The notes beneath the pieces are model-generated. The model worked only from the letters and a program-made list of their open reading frames with translations. It had not been told where the DNA came from and searched no databases. Shown here piece after piece: positions 8,097-16,202 of a DNA stretch of 39,425 nucleotides. The stretch lies in the IMG/VR virus record IMGVR_UViG_3300016665_000074, positions 1-39,425 of that record; one strand, 5' to 3'. The position numbers and the translations under genes are program-made. The DNA comes from a virus (taxonomy: Duplodnaviria > Caudoviricetes). Each line of letters opens with the position of its first letter. Positions within the stretch are counted from its first letter, which is position 1.

Positions 8097-8879
8097 ATGA
8101 AAACTTTAGTAAGGTCAGTCGGTAGAACCGACATCGGCGGAGAACCGTTGCCCGCTGTATTCAAAGCATTTGAATCTAATAAGATTATATTTCGTAGAGC
8201 TGAAGTCTCTATGATGGCAGGAACTCCAGGCGTAGGTAAGTCAACTCTTGCGCTCGCATTAGCACTTAAGATGAAAGTTCCTACGCTGTATATCTCAGCT
8301 GATACCAACGCACACACAATGGCTATGCGCCTTGCGTCAATGATTAGTGGTAAGAATCAGACTGATGTTGAGTATCTATTACAGAATGATATTGGCTGGA
8401 CTAAGGCGACCCTTGCAAAGGGAAGCCATATCGTCTGGTCATTTGAATCTAGCCCTAGCCTTGCAGATATTGACGAAGAGGTACAGGCATTCGAAGAACT
8501 ATGGGGATGTCCACCTGTGGCTATCTTCGTAGACAATCTAATGGACATTGCTACTGATGGGGGCGAGGAGTTCGCTTCAATGAGAGCGATTATGAAGGAG
8601 TTGAAGTACCTTGCTCGAGCGACTAATACTGCGATTATCGTATTACATCATACATCGGAAGCTGTGGAAGGCAAACCTTGCCAACCAAGGTCGGCACTCC
8701 AAGGAAAGGTGGCTCAACTCCCTGCGCTTATCTGTACTCTCGGAGTCGTCGGAACTGCTATGGCAGTTGCGCCAGTCAAAAACAGGTATGGTCGAGCGGA
8801 TGCTAACGCGAATCTCAACGCGTGGCTAGCATTCAATCCTGAGTTTATGTATATAGAAGACATCCCCGAAAACGCATAG
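8097..8879 (+). CDS. DnaB/RecA-family replicative helicase ATPase
   Basis: Walker A GTPGVGKS, LYISAD, Walker B IFVDNL, LHH, VKNRYG arginine finger. Confidence 0.9.
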   Translation: MKTLVRSVGRTDIGGEPLPAVFKAFESNKIIFRRAEVSMMAGTPGVGKSTLALALALKMKVPTLYISADTNAHTMAMRLASMISGKNQTDVEYLLQNDIGWTKATLAKGSHIVWSFESSPSLADIDEEVQAFEELWGCPPVAIFVDNLMDIATDGGEEFASMRAIMKELKYLARATNTAIIVLHHTSEAVEGKPCQPRSALQGKVAQLPALICTLGVVGTAMAVAPVKNRYGRADANANLNAWLAFNPEFMYIEDIPENA

Positions 8880-8887
8880 GAGAAATA

Positions 8888-9076
8888 ATGGACGACGATT
8901 ACCTAGAGATTCACGCCAAAGAGATGGCGCAATCTGAATATCTCCAGCACGTTGCTAAGGTTATTAAGAAGATTGAAGATGCCAAGACACCAGTCAAAGA
9001 TGAGTGGACAGAAGGATTTAATACTGGTCTAGACTGGGCTATTAGAATATTGGAGAAGGATAAAAGTGCTTACTAA
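8888..9076 (+). CDS. Hypothetical protein
   Basis: AGGAG RBS; operon packing. Confidence 0.7.
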   Translation: MDDDYLEIHAKEMAQSEYLQHVAKVIKKIEDAKTPVKDEWTEGFNTGLDWAIRILEKDKSAY

Positions 9077-9212
9077 ATCTACACAAAAAGTTTTCTTAGG
9101 CAGAATGTTTTCAATAGGTTTTGCTTTGGACAGATTTGCTATTGGCTTTACAATTACTAAATACAATATCGACCTTGACTTAGGCTTTGTTTGGTTGGCG
9201 GTTGATTTCTAA
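9066..9212 (+). CDS. 48-aa hydrophobic hypothetical protein (absent from ORF track)
   Basis: GTG start, MLTKSTQKVFLGRMFSIGFALDRFAIGFTITKYNIDLDLGFVWLAVDF; fills the gap exactly up to ATG 9213. Confidence 0.65.
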   Translation: MLTKSTQKVFLGRMFSIGFALDRFAIGFTITKYNIDLDLGFVWLAVDF

Positions 9213-9569
9213 ATGGCTAATCCCAATGGTCGCAAAGGTTCTAAGTGGGAGACTGACCTACTAAAGTTCTTCAGAGGTATTGGACTTTGGATAGAGAGAC
9301 TCACTAAAGCTGGGGCCAATGACGAAGGTGACCTTGTCACTATCGTTGGTGGTAAGACCTACATCTTCGAACTTAAGAATGTAAAGAAGATGGACTTGCC
9401 TAAGTTTTGGGAAGAGGCTAAGGTCGAAGCTAAGAACTATGCTAAGGCTAGAAACCTAGAGGTTGTACCTCCAGCATTTGTTATAGTTAAGAGACGCAAT
9501 CATAGTATTGAAAAGGCTTGGGTCATACAAGACCTAGACCAGTGGATTCAGGAGAGAGTTGGACAGTGA
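9213..9569 (+). CDS. Holliday junction resolvase (Hjc-like)
   Basis: KGSKWE, DEGDL, FELKN motifs. Confidence 0.85.
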   Translation: MANPNGRKGSKWETDLLKFFRGIGLWIERLTKAGANDEGDLVTIVGGKTYIFELKNVKKMDLPKFWEEAKVEAKNYAKARNLEVVPPAFVIVKRRNHSIEKAWVIQDLDQWIQERVGQ

Positions 9570-9931
9570 GTGACTTACCTAGTATCAAGGCAGTTCTTGA
9601 ACACTATGGTGCTGCACTCAGACAGACTCACGGACAGGTCAACTTGCGTTGTCCCTTTCACGGAGACACGCATCAAAGTGGAACTGCTAACCTTGACAAG
9701 AATATCTTTATTTGTTTTGCCTGTGGCATACAGGGAAATAGCTTACAAATCATAGCGAGACAGGAGAATGTGAATATCAATGAAGCAAAGCGTATTGCAG
9801 AAGGAATTACTGGGACGAGCGACGGAGAAATACAGCGCAAATATTCATCTGGCGGAAGACTACCTAAGAAGCAGGGGTATTCCAATAGAGACAGCACGGC
9901 TGGCGCGATTAGGCGTAGTCGTCGAGGCTGA
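9566..9931 (+). CDS. DNA primase zinc-binding (CHC2) subunit
   Basis: GTGA overlap with the resolvase; CPFHGD...CFACG. Confidence 0.85.
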   Translation: MSDLPSIKAVLEHYGAALRQTHGQVNLRCPFHGDTHQSGTANLDKNIFICFACGIQGNSLQIIARQENVNINEAKRIAEGITGTSDGEIQRKYSSGGRLPKKQGYSNRDSTAGAIRRSRRG

Positions 9932-10394
9932 GGTAGGGCACGAGGCTTATCAAGGAAGGTTGAGTATCCCTTATCTTACTAAGACTGGCGTTGTGGATTT
10001 ACGGTTCCGTTCGCTCAATCCTGCGGTGGAGCCTAAGTATATGGGACTCACTGGGGCTGATACTAAAATGTATAATGTTCTTGATATTGAGCGGGCTGGC
10101 GATTACATTGGTGTTTGTGAAGGTGAGTTGGATACTCTTACTATGTCTGCCTGTGTCGGTATTCCTTGTGTTGGTGTTCCAGGCGCGAACAGTTGGAAGA
10201 AACATTACACGAGACTCCTTGCCGATTTCGAAAGAGTATTTGTCTTCGCTGATGGCGACCAGCCAGGAAAAGAATTTGCCTCTAGTCTTGCCCGCGAACT
10301 ACCAGTTACTGTCGTTGGATTCCCCGACGGAGAAGACGTTAACTCGTTCTATATTAGTCACGGGGCGGAAGCAATCAGGGCGAAGATTCTATAA
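9780..10394 (+). CDS. DNA primase catalytic (TOPRIM) subunit
   Basis: YLRSRGI, RLSIPY, PKY, VCEGELD, DGDQPG, EDVN; GACAGGAGAA upstream at 9759. Confidence 0.9.
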   Translation: MKQSVLQKELLGRATEKYSANIHLAEDYLRSRGIPIETARLARLGVVVEAEVGHEAYQGRLSIPYLTKTGVVDLRFRSLNPAVEPKYMGLTGADTKMYNVLDIERAGDYIGVCEGELDTLTMSACVGIPCVGVPGANSWKKHYTRLLADFERVFVFADGDQPGKEFASSLARELPVTVVGFPDGEDVNSFYISHGAEAIRAKIL

Positions 10395-10756
10395 TGGATG
10401 ACGAAGAACTATACTGCGACGACTGTGGCATACAGTTTGAGAATGCCTTTGAGATGGTCGACCACCACCTTGGTGATGATGAGTTCGACCCTGCAATAGT
10501 CCTGCCCAATGGGATTAGATTGATGGTTGGTAGCTTACTGAGATTTCTTTTCGAACACGCCGACTTACCAGAACAAATCAGACAAATAACTCAATCTACA
10601 TATGTTACACTTTATGCTGCCGAGACTGATAGTGAGGCGTTGGACGAACTAATCGAGGAAGTTGTGGTAGGTTCCGAGATGTTGAAGTTTGATTCAAGTC
10701 TTAAGAAACTATTAGAGGAGAGCAACAAAGATGACACTGACAAAGGCGGAGCGTGA
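10394..10756 (+). CDS. Acidic hypothetical protein with C2H2-like Zn finger
   Basis: CDDC-x12-HH; TAATG coupling. Confidence 0.7.
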   Translation: MDDEELYCDDCGIQFENAFEMVDHHLGDDEFDPAIVLPNGIRLMVGSLLRFLFEHADLPEQIRQITQSTYVTLYAAETDSEALDELIEEVVVGSEMLKFDSSLKKLLEESNKDDTDKGGA

Positions 10757-10877
10757 AGAAGTATGGCAGATTACAGACCATCTAGAGAGGATGGGGTACG
10801 CGATTACCTCTCTCACATCTCAGAACGGAATGCTGACCGTCACCCTATCTATTCCTCTGCTTTCTTCAAGGACGTAG
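10731..10877 (+). CDS. 48-aa overlapping hypothetical protein (absent from ORF track)
   Basis: GAGGAG RBS; MTLTKAEREEVWQITDHLERMGYAITSLTSQNGMLTVTLSIPLLSSRT. Confidence 0.5.
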   Translation: MTLTKAEREEVWQITDHLERMGYAITSLTSQNGMLTVTLSIPLLSSRT

Positions 10878-11140
10878 AGAAAACATTTAATGAACTCCAA
10901 GAACTGCTTATCAAAAAGCATATTGATTACGGTCCGAAGAACATATCTCAATCACCAGGTGGTCCTATTAATGGACTTCGAGTGCGTATGCACGATAAGC
11001 TGGCGAGGATTAATAACCTCGTCGACAAAGGCGTATCGAACCCACAATACGAATCGCTTGAAGACTCCTTTAAGGATATGGCAAACTACGCAATCATAGG
11101 TTTGTTAGTCTTAAGACAACAATGGGATAGTGAAAAATGA
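10763..11140 (+). CDS. Nucleotide-modification-associated domain 1 (DUF1599-like, all-alpha pyrophosphatase-like) protein
   Basis: KHIDYG, RMHDKLAR, ESLEDSFKDMANY motifs. Confidence 0.75.
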   Translation: MADYRPSREDGVRDYLSHISERNADRHPIYSSAFFKDVEKTFNELQELLIKKHIDYGPKNISQSPGGPINGLRVRMHDKLARINNLVDKGVSNPQYESLEDSFKDMANYAIIGLLVLRQQWDSEK

Positions 11141-11376
11141 CACAGGAAGAATTGCTACAGAAACTAGCAGACATTGCGCACAACAAAGACGCACACGAGG
11201 CGCGTAATGATTACCTAATTGCTCTTCGTGCAGTAGTGGAATTACATCAGCCTATTTACACATTTGTTGCTGATAGCGATAAAAGCGTACCCCTCTGTAT
11301 TCAATGCAGAGATGGAGATTTTATAGCAGATTATCCTTGTAATACTATTCAGGCTATTGAGAAGGCTTTTTCGTGA
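11137..11376 (+). CDS. Hypothetical Zn-binding protein (paralogue of 12657..12896)
   Basis: ALRAVVELHQP..CxxC..YPCNTIQAIEK. Confidence 0.75.
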   Translation: MTQEELLQKLADIAHNKDAHEARNDYLIALRAVVELHQPIYTFVADSDKSVPLCIQCRDGDFIADYPCNTIQAIEKAFS

Positions 11377-11771
11377 GAGAGCCTGAATTATTTGCTTGGT
11401 TAAAGGATAACTTTTATCCTGACTTAAATAAATCAGAGTCAGAGTTCGACGGCTTTGACTGTCAGTCTGATGAGCACAAGCTCTTCATAGAACTGAAGTC
11501 CCGTAAGACTCACTACGACGAGTTACTTATCGAGAAGTATAAGTTTGATTTCCTTGTCACCGAAGCAGGGAAACTATCCTATACACCTTGCTATGTAAAC
11601 TACACCCCGCAAGGGGTTTATTTTTTTGACCTTGATTCTATACTTAAGAATGAATTAGATATGAAGTGGCAAGACAAGTGGCTGCCTACCACCACAGAGT
11701 TTGCCAACACCAACAACCGAGTCAAGAAGATTGGCTTGCTCAACGTACAATGGGGAACGAAGATACTATGA
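11373..11771 (+). CDS. PD-(D/E)XK nuclease-fold protein
   Basis: E..FDC..FIELKSR pattern. Confidence 0.6.
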   Translation: MREPELFAWLKDNFYPDLNKSESEFDGFDCQSDEHKLFIELKSRKTHYDELLIEKYKFDFLVTEAGKLSYTPCYVNYTPQGVYFFDLDSILKNELDMKWQDKWLPTTTEFANTNNRVKKIGLLNVQWGTKIL

Positions 11772-12448
11772 ACTGGGAACGCATTGCTAAGTGGGACTAT
11801 GTAGTCGATAGTGTGGCACTTGAATACTCCCGCAAGTTTGAGATGGTAGAGCTTGATGACTTAAGACAAAGTCTTTACCAATGGTTTGTTGAGCACCCCA
11901 ATAAGTTGGATGAGTGGGAAGCAATCGGTGAGAAGGATGCTAAGAATTTAATCTATCGTAGCCTACGCAATCAAGCTTTAGATTACTGCCAGAAGTGGAA
12001 AGCTAAGACCATTGGCTATGATGTTGCTGACCTTTACTACTACACATCAGAAGTGATTGAAGCTTTGCTTCCTGCTGTCTTAAGAAGTGAATACAATACA
12101 GCTCATAAGTTAAACGTTGGTAGAGTTGGTCGCCCGTCGGCTCCAGCAGAGGGCGGTAACCTTGTTGCTATGATGATTGAGATTGATTATGTTTACTGGA
12201 AGCTTGGCAAAGATGACAGGAAGATTCTGTTTATGCGTCACGCTGAAGCCTTAGACTTCAAAGAGATAGCTAACTACTTAAGTCTTGGGTCAGAGGATGC
12301 TGCTCGTATGAGACACAAGAGAGCAGTTAATAGAATGATTAGAAAGCTTGGTGGCTTCAAGCCTTACGCTGACTATGATTCAGATGGCAAGCAAGAGGAC
12401 GCCGTAGACGGTGACGAAGATACCAATATAAGTGACGAGATAGCTTAG
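11768..12448 (+). CDS. ECF/sigma-70-like phage sigma factor
   Basis: Region-2-like DDLRQ..LRNQALDY and region-4 HTH DRKILFMRH..FKEIANYL..AARMRHKRA; true start ATG 11768 (ATGA overlap). Confidence 0.75.
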   Translation: MNWERIAKWDYVVDSVALEYSRKFEMVELDDLRQSLYQWFVEHPNKLDEWEAIGEKDAKNLIYRSLRNQALDYCQKWKAKTIGYDVADLYYYTSEVIEALLPAVLRSEYNTAHKLNVGRVGRPSAPAEGGNLVAMMIEIDYVYWKLGKDDRKILFMRHAEALDFKEIANYLSLGSEDAARMRHKRAVNRMIRKLGGFKPYADYDSDGKQEDAVDGDEDTNISDEIA

Positions 12449-12490
12449 TGGCACAACAACTGGCGCAATCTTAATTAGAAAGTTCTTCAT
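12380..12490 (-). CDS. 36-aa membrane peptide (absent from ORF track)
   Basis: MKNFLIKIAPVVVPLSYLVTYIGIFVTVYGVLLLAI; ATGA-coupled to the upstream gene. Confidence 0.5.
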   Translation of the reverse strand: MKNFLIKIAPVVVPLSYLVTYIGIFVTVYGVLLLAI

Positions 12491-12657
12491 CTGTTATCCG
12501 TTTTGTAGAACCCTGAACCCTTGAACTGAATTCCTGGGGCAGACCACACTCGGCTCATATTCTTGTCGCATACTGGGCAAGCAGGGCCGATAATGTAGTG
12601 CTCTTTTGTTTCCATATAAGACTCATCATCATTGCATCTGTATTCATATGTTGGCAC
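12487..12657 (-). CDS. FmdB-family zinc-ribbon protein
   Basis: MPTYEYRC..CPVC..MSRVWSAPGIQFKGSGFYKTD; GTG start overlapping the upstream TAG. Confidence 0.85.
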   Translation of the reverse strand: MPTYEYRCNDDESYMETKEHYIIGPACPVCDKNMSRVWSAPGIQFKGSGFYKTDNR

Positions 12658-12896
12658 TAGATTAATTCCTTTTCTATAGCTTGAATAGTTGGACAAGGAT
12701 AGCGGTAAGTCATAGCTTTGTCATCAACTCTTATTAACTTGACACATTCAGGGCAACCTGGTTCTCCATTTGATGTAGGTTCAGGCTTATGCAATTCTAA
12801 TACTGCACGAAGAGCTCTTGCTCCAGCAAGCCAAGTGTCATAATCTGACATACGCAATTCGCTATCAATCTCTGCCAGCAACTCTTCGTAGGTCAT
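12657..12896 (-). CDS. Hypothetical Zn-binding protein (paralogue of 11137..11376)
   Basis: MTYEELL..ALRAVLELHKP..CPEC..YPCPTIQAIEK. Confidence 0.75.
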   Translation of the reverse strand: MTYEELLAEIDSELRMSDYDTWLAGARALRAVLELHKPEPTSNGEPGCPECVKLIRVDDKAMTYRYPCPTIQAIEKELI

Positions 12897-13072
12897 TAGT
12901 CTTTCCAGTCTATCTCTGTCGGGGCGGTAGCAACAGCACCGCACTCTTTACATTCTTGTCTTAAGTCATACCATCCAACTGTGCGGGTCTCTTCATCCCA
13001 CATCACAGTCAGTATCCACATCTTGCAACCGCAGATGCAGACAGTCGTCGGAGTTCCAGTTAAGTCTATCAT
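12896..13072 (-). CDS. 58-aa zinc-ribbon protein (absent from ORF track)
   Basis: MIDLTGTPTTVCICG...ECKECGAVATAPTEID; coupled to neighbours at both ends. Confidence 0.75.
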   Translation of the reverse strand: MIDLTGTPTTVCICGCKMWILTVMWDEETRTVGWYDLRQECKECGAVATAPTEIDWKD

Positions 13073-13485
13073 CAGTAGTGATTGTGTCTTAAGTGAAACT
13101 TCATAGCTTGGCAGGGTGTTTCGTATCTGTGCCTGATGTATTTGTAAGCGTGAAGGATTTGAATGGCGGGGTCTTTGCTAGTTTCCTTGAGCCTTTGTCC
13201 TATGCCGAAGGCTGATGAGCCCTGTCTATTCTTGGCAAGGTGGTCATACCTAGCTTCCTTTGTGAAGATATAGTCAATGCACTTCCATTGCATACCACGC
13301 CACCCATATCCAGCCCACGCATATTCTTTAGCGAGAGCTTTGTTTGCTCGCTTTTCTTCCATCGTTGCCTGAGTTCTTTGCTTTATCTCGGGTTTGTCTT
13401 TTAGTATTGGGGGAAGCAGGGGCGGAGCTGACACTACAAGCAGAGCACCAGCCACCGCACTCACAACTACTGTTCGTCTTTTCAT
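13072..13485 (-). CDS. Secreted/anchored lytic transglycosylase (SLT/lysozyme-like)
   Basis: N-terminal signal/TM; QWKC..KEAR..AKN..SSAFGIGQ..YIRHRY..C. Confidence 0.75.
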   Translation of the reverse strand: MKRRTVVVSAVAGALLVVSAPPLLPPILKDKPEIKQRTQATMEEKRANKALAKEYAWAGYGWRGMQWKCIDYIFTKEARYDHLAKNRQGSSAFGIGQRLKETSKDPAIQILHAYKYIRHRYETPCQAMKFHLRHNHY

Positions 13486-13829
13486 TAGGCAACCTTAGCA
13501 ACCTTTTGTCTGACTCGTCTAACCATATCCGTCTCTCCTTTGATTAGGCTTCTAACTGGTCGCTTCAATAACTGTCTGCGCTCTAGGGTCATAAGCCCAC
13601 CCCATATAGAACCACCTTGCACATTCTCATCTTCGAGTCCTTGCTTAAGACATAACTCTCTAACTGGACAGTCGTTGCAGATTTCAATAGCTTCGATAGT
13701 TCTTAATACTTGCAGGTCAGTCTCGTCCTTGAACTTAGAGAATTCATACCACCACAGGTCAGGGTCAGGGTGGTTAGCGCATAGTGCGTCCTTGTGCCAG
13801 TCAGGTGGCAACTTGATTCCGTGCTCCAC
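13485..13829 (-). CDS. whiB: WhiB-family Fe-S transcription factor
   Basis: W..ALC...CNDCPVRELCL...IWGG-L-T..ER. Confidence 0.9.
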   Translation of the reverse strand: MEHGIKLPPDWHKDALCANHPDPDLWWYEFSKFKDETDLQVLRTIEAIEICNDCPVRELCLKQGLEDENVQGGSIWGGLMTLERRQLLKRPVRSLIKGETDMVRRVRQKVAKVA

Positions 13830-14050
13830 TATTGCACCACTCTTAGATTATTTCGTAGCTCTACGACTGACTGCGCCTTACCGAAATCAAGGTCATCTAT
13901 TACTAGCACAGAGTATTCTTGGTTTTCATACAGCCATTCATCTTGTTCTTCTGTCTTAAGACTATCCCAATTCTTAGGAAGCTCGGCCTTTGTTGTCACA
14001 TCTATAATGCGAACACCTCTTTGTTCGTAGGAAATCCTAAATGTTTTCAC
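13829..14050 (-). CDS. Hypothetical protein
   Basis: Overlap-coupled within the early operon. Confidence 0.7.
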   Translation of the reverse strand: MKTFRISYEQRGVRIIDVTTKAELPKNWDSLKTEEQDEWLYENQEYSVLVIDDLDFGKAQSVVELRNNLRVVQ

Positions 14051-14324
14051 TAGCCAACTCCTTCTCTGCGATATCTGCTAAGTAAGTATCTATTGCTAGC
14101 TCTGCCTGTTCTTCCTGTTCAAGGGCGAACTGTGCGTCGATTAGTAGGTCATCTATGTAATCTGAGAAAGTGGAAAGTTGATTCTCTCCGTCCCAGATTT
14201 CTACGGCCTTATCCCATACTCCAGCTCTCGTCTCTCTATAGTGCGAGCCAACAATAAACGCCATTACTTCTTGCTCTCCGTCATAGTTGCGTTGTAGTAA
14301 TTCGATTAGGTTATTCACTTTCAT
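14037..14324 (-). CDS. Acidic hypothetical protein
   Basis: GACAGGAGAA RBS element upstream. Confidence 0.75.
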   Translation of the reverse strand: MKVNNLIELLQRNYDGEQEVMAFIVGSHYRETRAGVWDKAVEIWDGENQLSTFSDYIDDLLIDAQFALEQEEQAELAIDTYLADIAEKELASENI

Positions 14325-14511
14325 TTTCTTCTCCTGTCTTTAGTTCGATTTGTTCTAGTGCTTGGCCTATTGCTCCTCGCCAATGAGATGCTACGCCCTC
14401 GGCGATTGGCTTGTCAATATCTAGCTCTTGTGCTCCGTCGTAAATCTTTACCTTGCTCTTCGTCTTAGTCCATTCAACAATTACTAAGAACGCTGATTGT
14501 TTGTCTGTCAT
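14311..14511 (-). CDS. Hypothetical protein
   Basis: GACAGGAG RBS element upstream. Confidence 0.75.
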   Translation of the reverse strand: MTDKQSAFLVIVEWTKTKSKVKIYDGAQELDIDKPIAEGVASHWRGAIGQALEQIELKTGEENESE

Positions 14512-14684
14512 TTGATTAACTCCTGTCGTCTTGGTAGGTCGTATCGGTACATACTTACACCTGTGCCCTTTGTGGTGAGCTCGTCAAGGTGTGCGTCTAG
14601 TATCTTATATACTTGTTCGTTTGTCAATGAGCTATCAACATCTAAAACAACTCTGAACTTTAGGCGTCGTAGTGTCTTATCCAT
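14508..14684 (-). CDS. 58-aa hypothetical protein (absent from ORF track)
   Basis: MDKTLRRLKFRVVLDVD...; CTTAAGACAGGAAAG upstream. Confidence 0.7.
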   Translation of the reverse strand: MDKTLRRLKFRVVLDVDSSLTNEQVYKILDAHLDELTTKGTGVSMYRYDLPRRQELIK

Positions 14685-14856
14685 TTTTCTTTCCTGTCTT
14701 AAGTCGTATCTTTTTCTTTAGGTCTGTGATTACTATCGCCACCCACCAACTCCACACCGCTACGGCGAAGAGGATGAGGACATAAAGAATCATTTGCAGT
14801 AAGGCCATAGGCCACTCGATATATACGCCCGTTAGTATTTGCTTTAGTGTTTCCAT
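14677..14856 (-). CDS. 59-aa membrane protein (absent from ORF track)
   Basis: METLKQILTGVYIEWPMALLQMILYVLILFAVAVWSWWVAIVITDLKKK...; GACAGGAG RBS. Confidence 0.7.
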   Translation of the reverse strand: METLKQILTGVYIEWPMALLQMILYVLILFAVAVWSWWVAIVITDLKKKIRLKTGKKNG

Positions 14857-14869
14857 TTGTTACTCCTGT

Positions 14870-14986
14870 CTATGCTAGTAGGTCTGCGTGTTTTTCTTGA
14901 CACGTCTTGCAATAATAAAGATTAAATTCTCCGTCACTTTCCCAACCTGCTCCGCACTCGGGGCAGTCTCCTAATCCCTCAAGCAT
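14870..14986 (-). CDS. 38-aa CxxC..CxxC mini zinc finger (absent from ORF track)
   Basis: MLEGLGDCPECG...YCKTCQEK; full 15-mer start element upstream. Confidence 0.7.
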   Translation of the reverse strand: MLEGLGDCPECGAGWESDGEFNLYYCKTCQEKHADLLA

Positions 14987-15145
14987 TTATTTCTCCTGTC
15001 TTAAGTAGTAACTATGAACGCACTCGCTAAGAGGCACGAGGCAGTCGCCACACATAACCTCTCCGTAACTAATTTTCCCGCCTGTGATTCCGTTGTCGAA
15101 CTTTTGATTGTCTAGTGTTACGGTGTAATAGTTGTAGTTTTTCAT
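14987..15145 (-). CDS. 52-aa Cys-containing protein (absent from ORF track)
   Basis: MKNYNYY...MCGDCLVPLSECVH; 15-mer start element upstream. Confidence 0.7.
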   Translation of the reverse strand: MKNYNYYTVTLDNQKFDNGITGGKISYGEVMCGDCLVPLSECVHSYYLRQEK

Positions 15146-15264
15146 TCTTCATTCTCCTGTCTTAAGTCATTAACTCTGTCTGCTTTGCGATTATCCTCGC
15201 AGATTACACCGTGAGGAATCAGCGTTCTTGATATCGCTCCGCCACATACACCACACTTAGGCAT
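15142..15264 (-). CDS. 40-aa Cys-containing protein
   Basis: MPKCGVCGG...HGVIC; CAGGTGG RBS; start revised from the ORF track. Confidence 0.6.
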   Translation of the reverse strand: MPKCGVCGGAISRTLIPHGVICEDNRKADRVNDLRQENEE

Positions 15265-15652
15265 TTGCCACCTGCTTCGTGCTAGGTAGTGACACCCAAT
15301 GAGAACCGAGAGCGTAGTAGTTCCAGCCCCAACCACTATAAGGGTCGTACTCGAATAAGTAAATGAACTCTGCGTCCTGACTTAAGGCGTATTCTATCCA
15401 GTCCTGAACTGTGTCGAATAATCTCGCCTCGGTGTCAGTTGCTCCGAGCTCTGCGTAGCTTTTAATCTCCTCGACATTCTCCATTAGACTAGAGAAATCC
15501 CCTAAGTCCATAAGAGCCTCAACCTTTGCGAGGTCTGTGTAATGCTCCGCTAGTGTTGCGCCTACGCCTGAGGGATACCCGTCCCAATGGCAATAAATCG
15601 CCTTAATTTTTCCGTCTGCTCCTTGTATTCCAATGTTGCTTCGTGTTGCCAT
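15257..15652 (-). CDS. Conserved phage early protein (TRS..YCHWDGYP family)
   Basis: MATRSNIG..IYCHWDGYPSGVG..L..HY; 15-mer start element. Confidence 0.8.
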   Translation of the reverse strand: MATRSNIGIQGADGKIKAIYCHWDGYPSGVGATLAEHYTDLAKVEALMDLGDFSSLMENVEEIKSYAELGATDTEARLFDTVQDWIEYALSQDAEFIYLFEYDPYSGWGWNYYALGSHWVSLPSTKQVANA

Positions 15653-15680
15653 TTTATTTTTCTCCTGTCTTAAGTGATAA

Positions 15681-16172
15681 CTATTTGTTGTTGAGTGCTG
15701 TTGCGATTGCCTGCATTACTTCGATTGGTAGGTTTCCTAGTTTTGTTTCGCTCCACACGTTAGGATTTAACTCCTTCATTGCTTGCCAAAACTCGTCTTT
15801 GATTGGCTTCTCAATCTGTTCGCGCTCGCGTTGTGCCTTGCGCTTTAGGTGCTCGGCGTATCGAATCCCTGCGTCGTTGTACCTGTTGCGCTTTGCTCGG
15901 TTTGTGTTTGTGATTAGTGCGACGCCTTCGCGCCACTCTGCTCGGATTTGTTTTAACATAACGTAATCAGTATTACCGCGCCCGTCGGTCATAACCACGC
16001 GCCCTTTGTAATCGCGTCTCACGTTGCCGTTCTCGTCTGTGACTGGCGTCCAGCGATTGCGCTTTAATTGTTGAGCTACTTTAGGATAAGACTCCCCCCA
16101 CGCTGAGCGGAGCCAGTCCTCACGGGAATAAACTAGATAGTTTTTACCTGCTTGAATCTCTGCTAATTTCAT
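15681..16172 (-). CDS. Hypothetical basic protein
   Basis: 15-mer start element upstream; 163-aa ORF. Confidence 0.8.
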   Translation of the reverse strand: MKLAEIQAGKNYLVYSREDWLRSAWGESYPKVAQQLKRNRWTPVTDENGNVRRDYKGRVVMTDGRGNTDYVMLKQIRAEWREGVALITNTNRAKRNRYNDAGIRYAEHLKRKAQREREQIEKPIKDEFWQAMKELNPNVWSETKLGNLPIEVMQAIATALNNK

Positions 16173-16202
16173 TTTAATTTCTCCTGTCTTAAGTCGTAAG
16201 GT

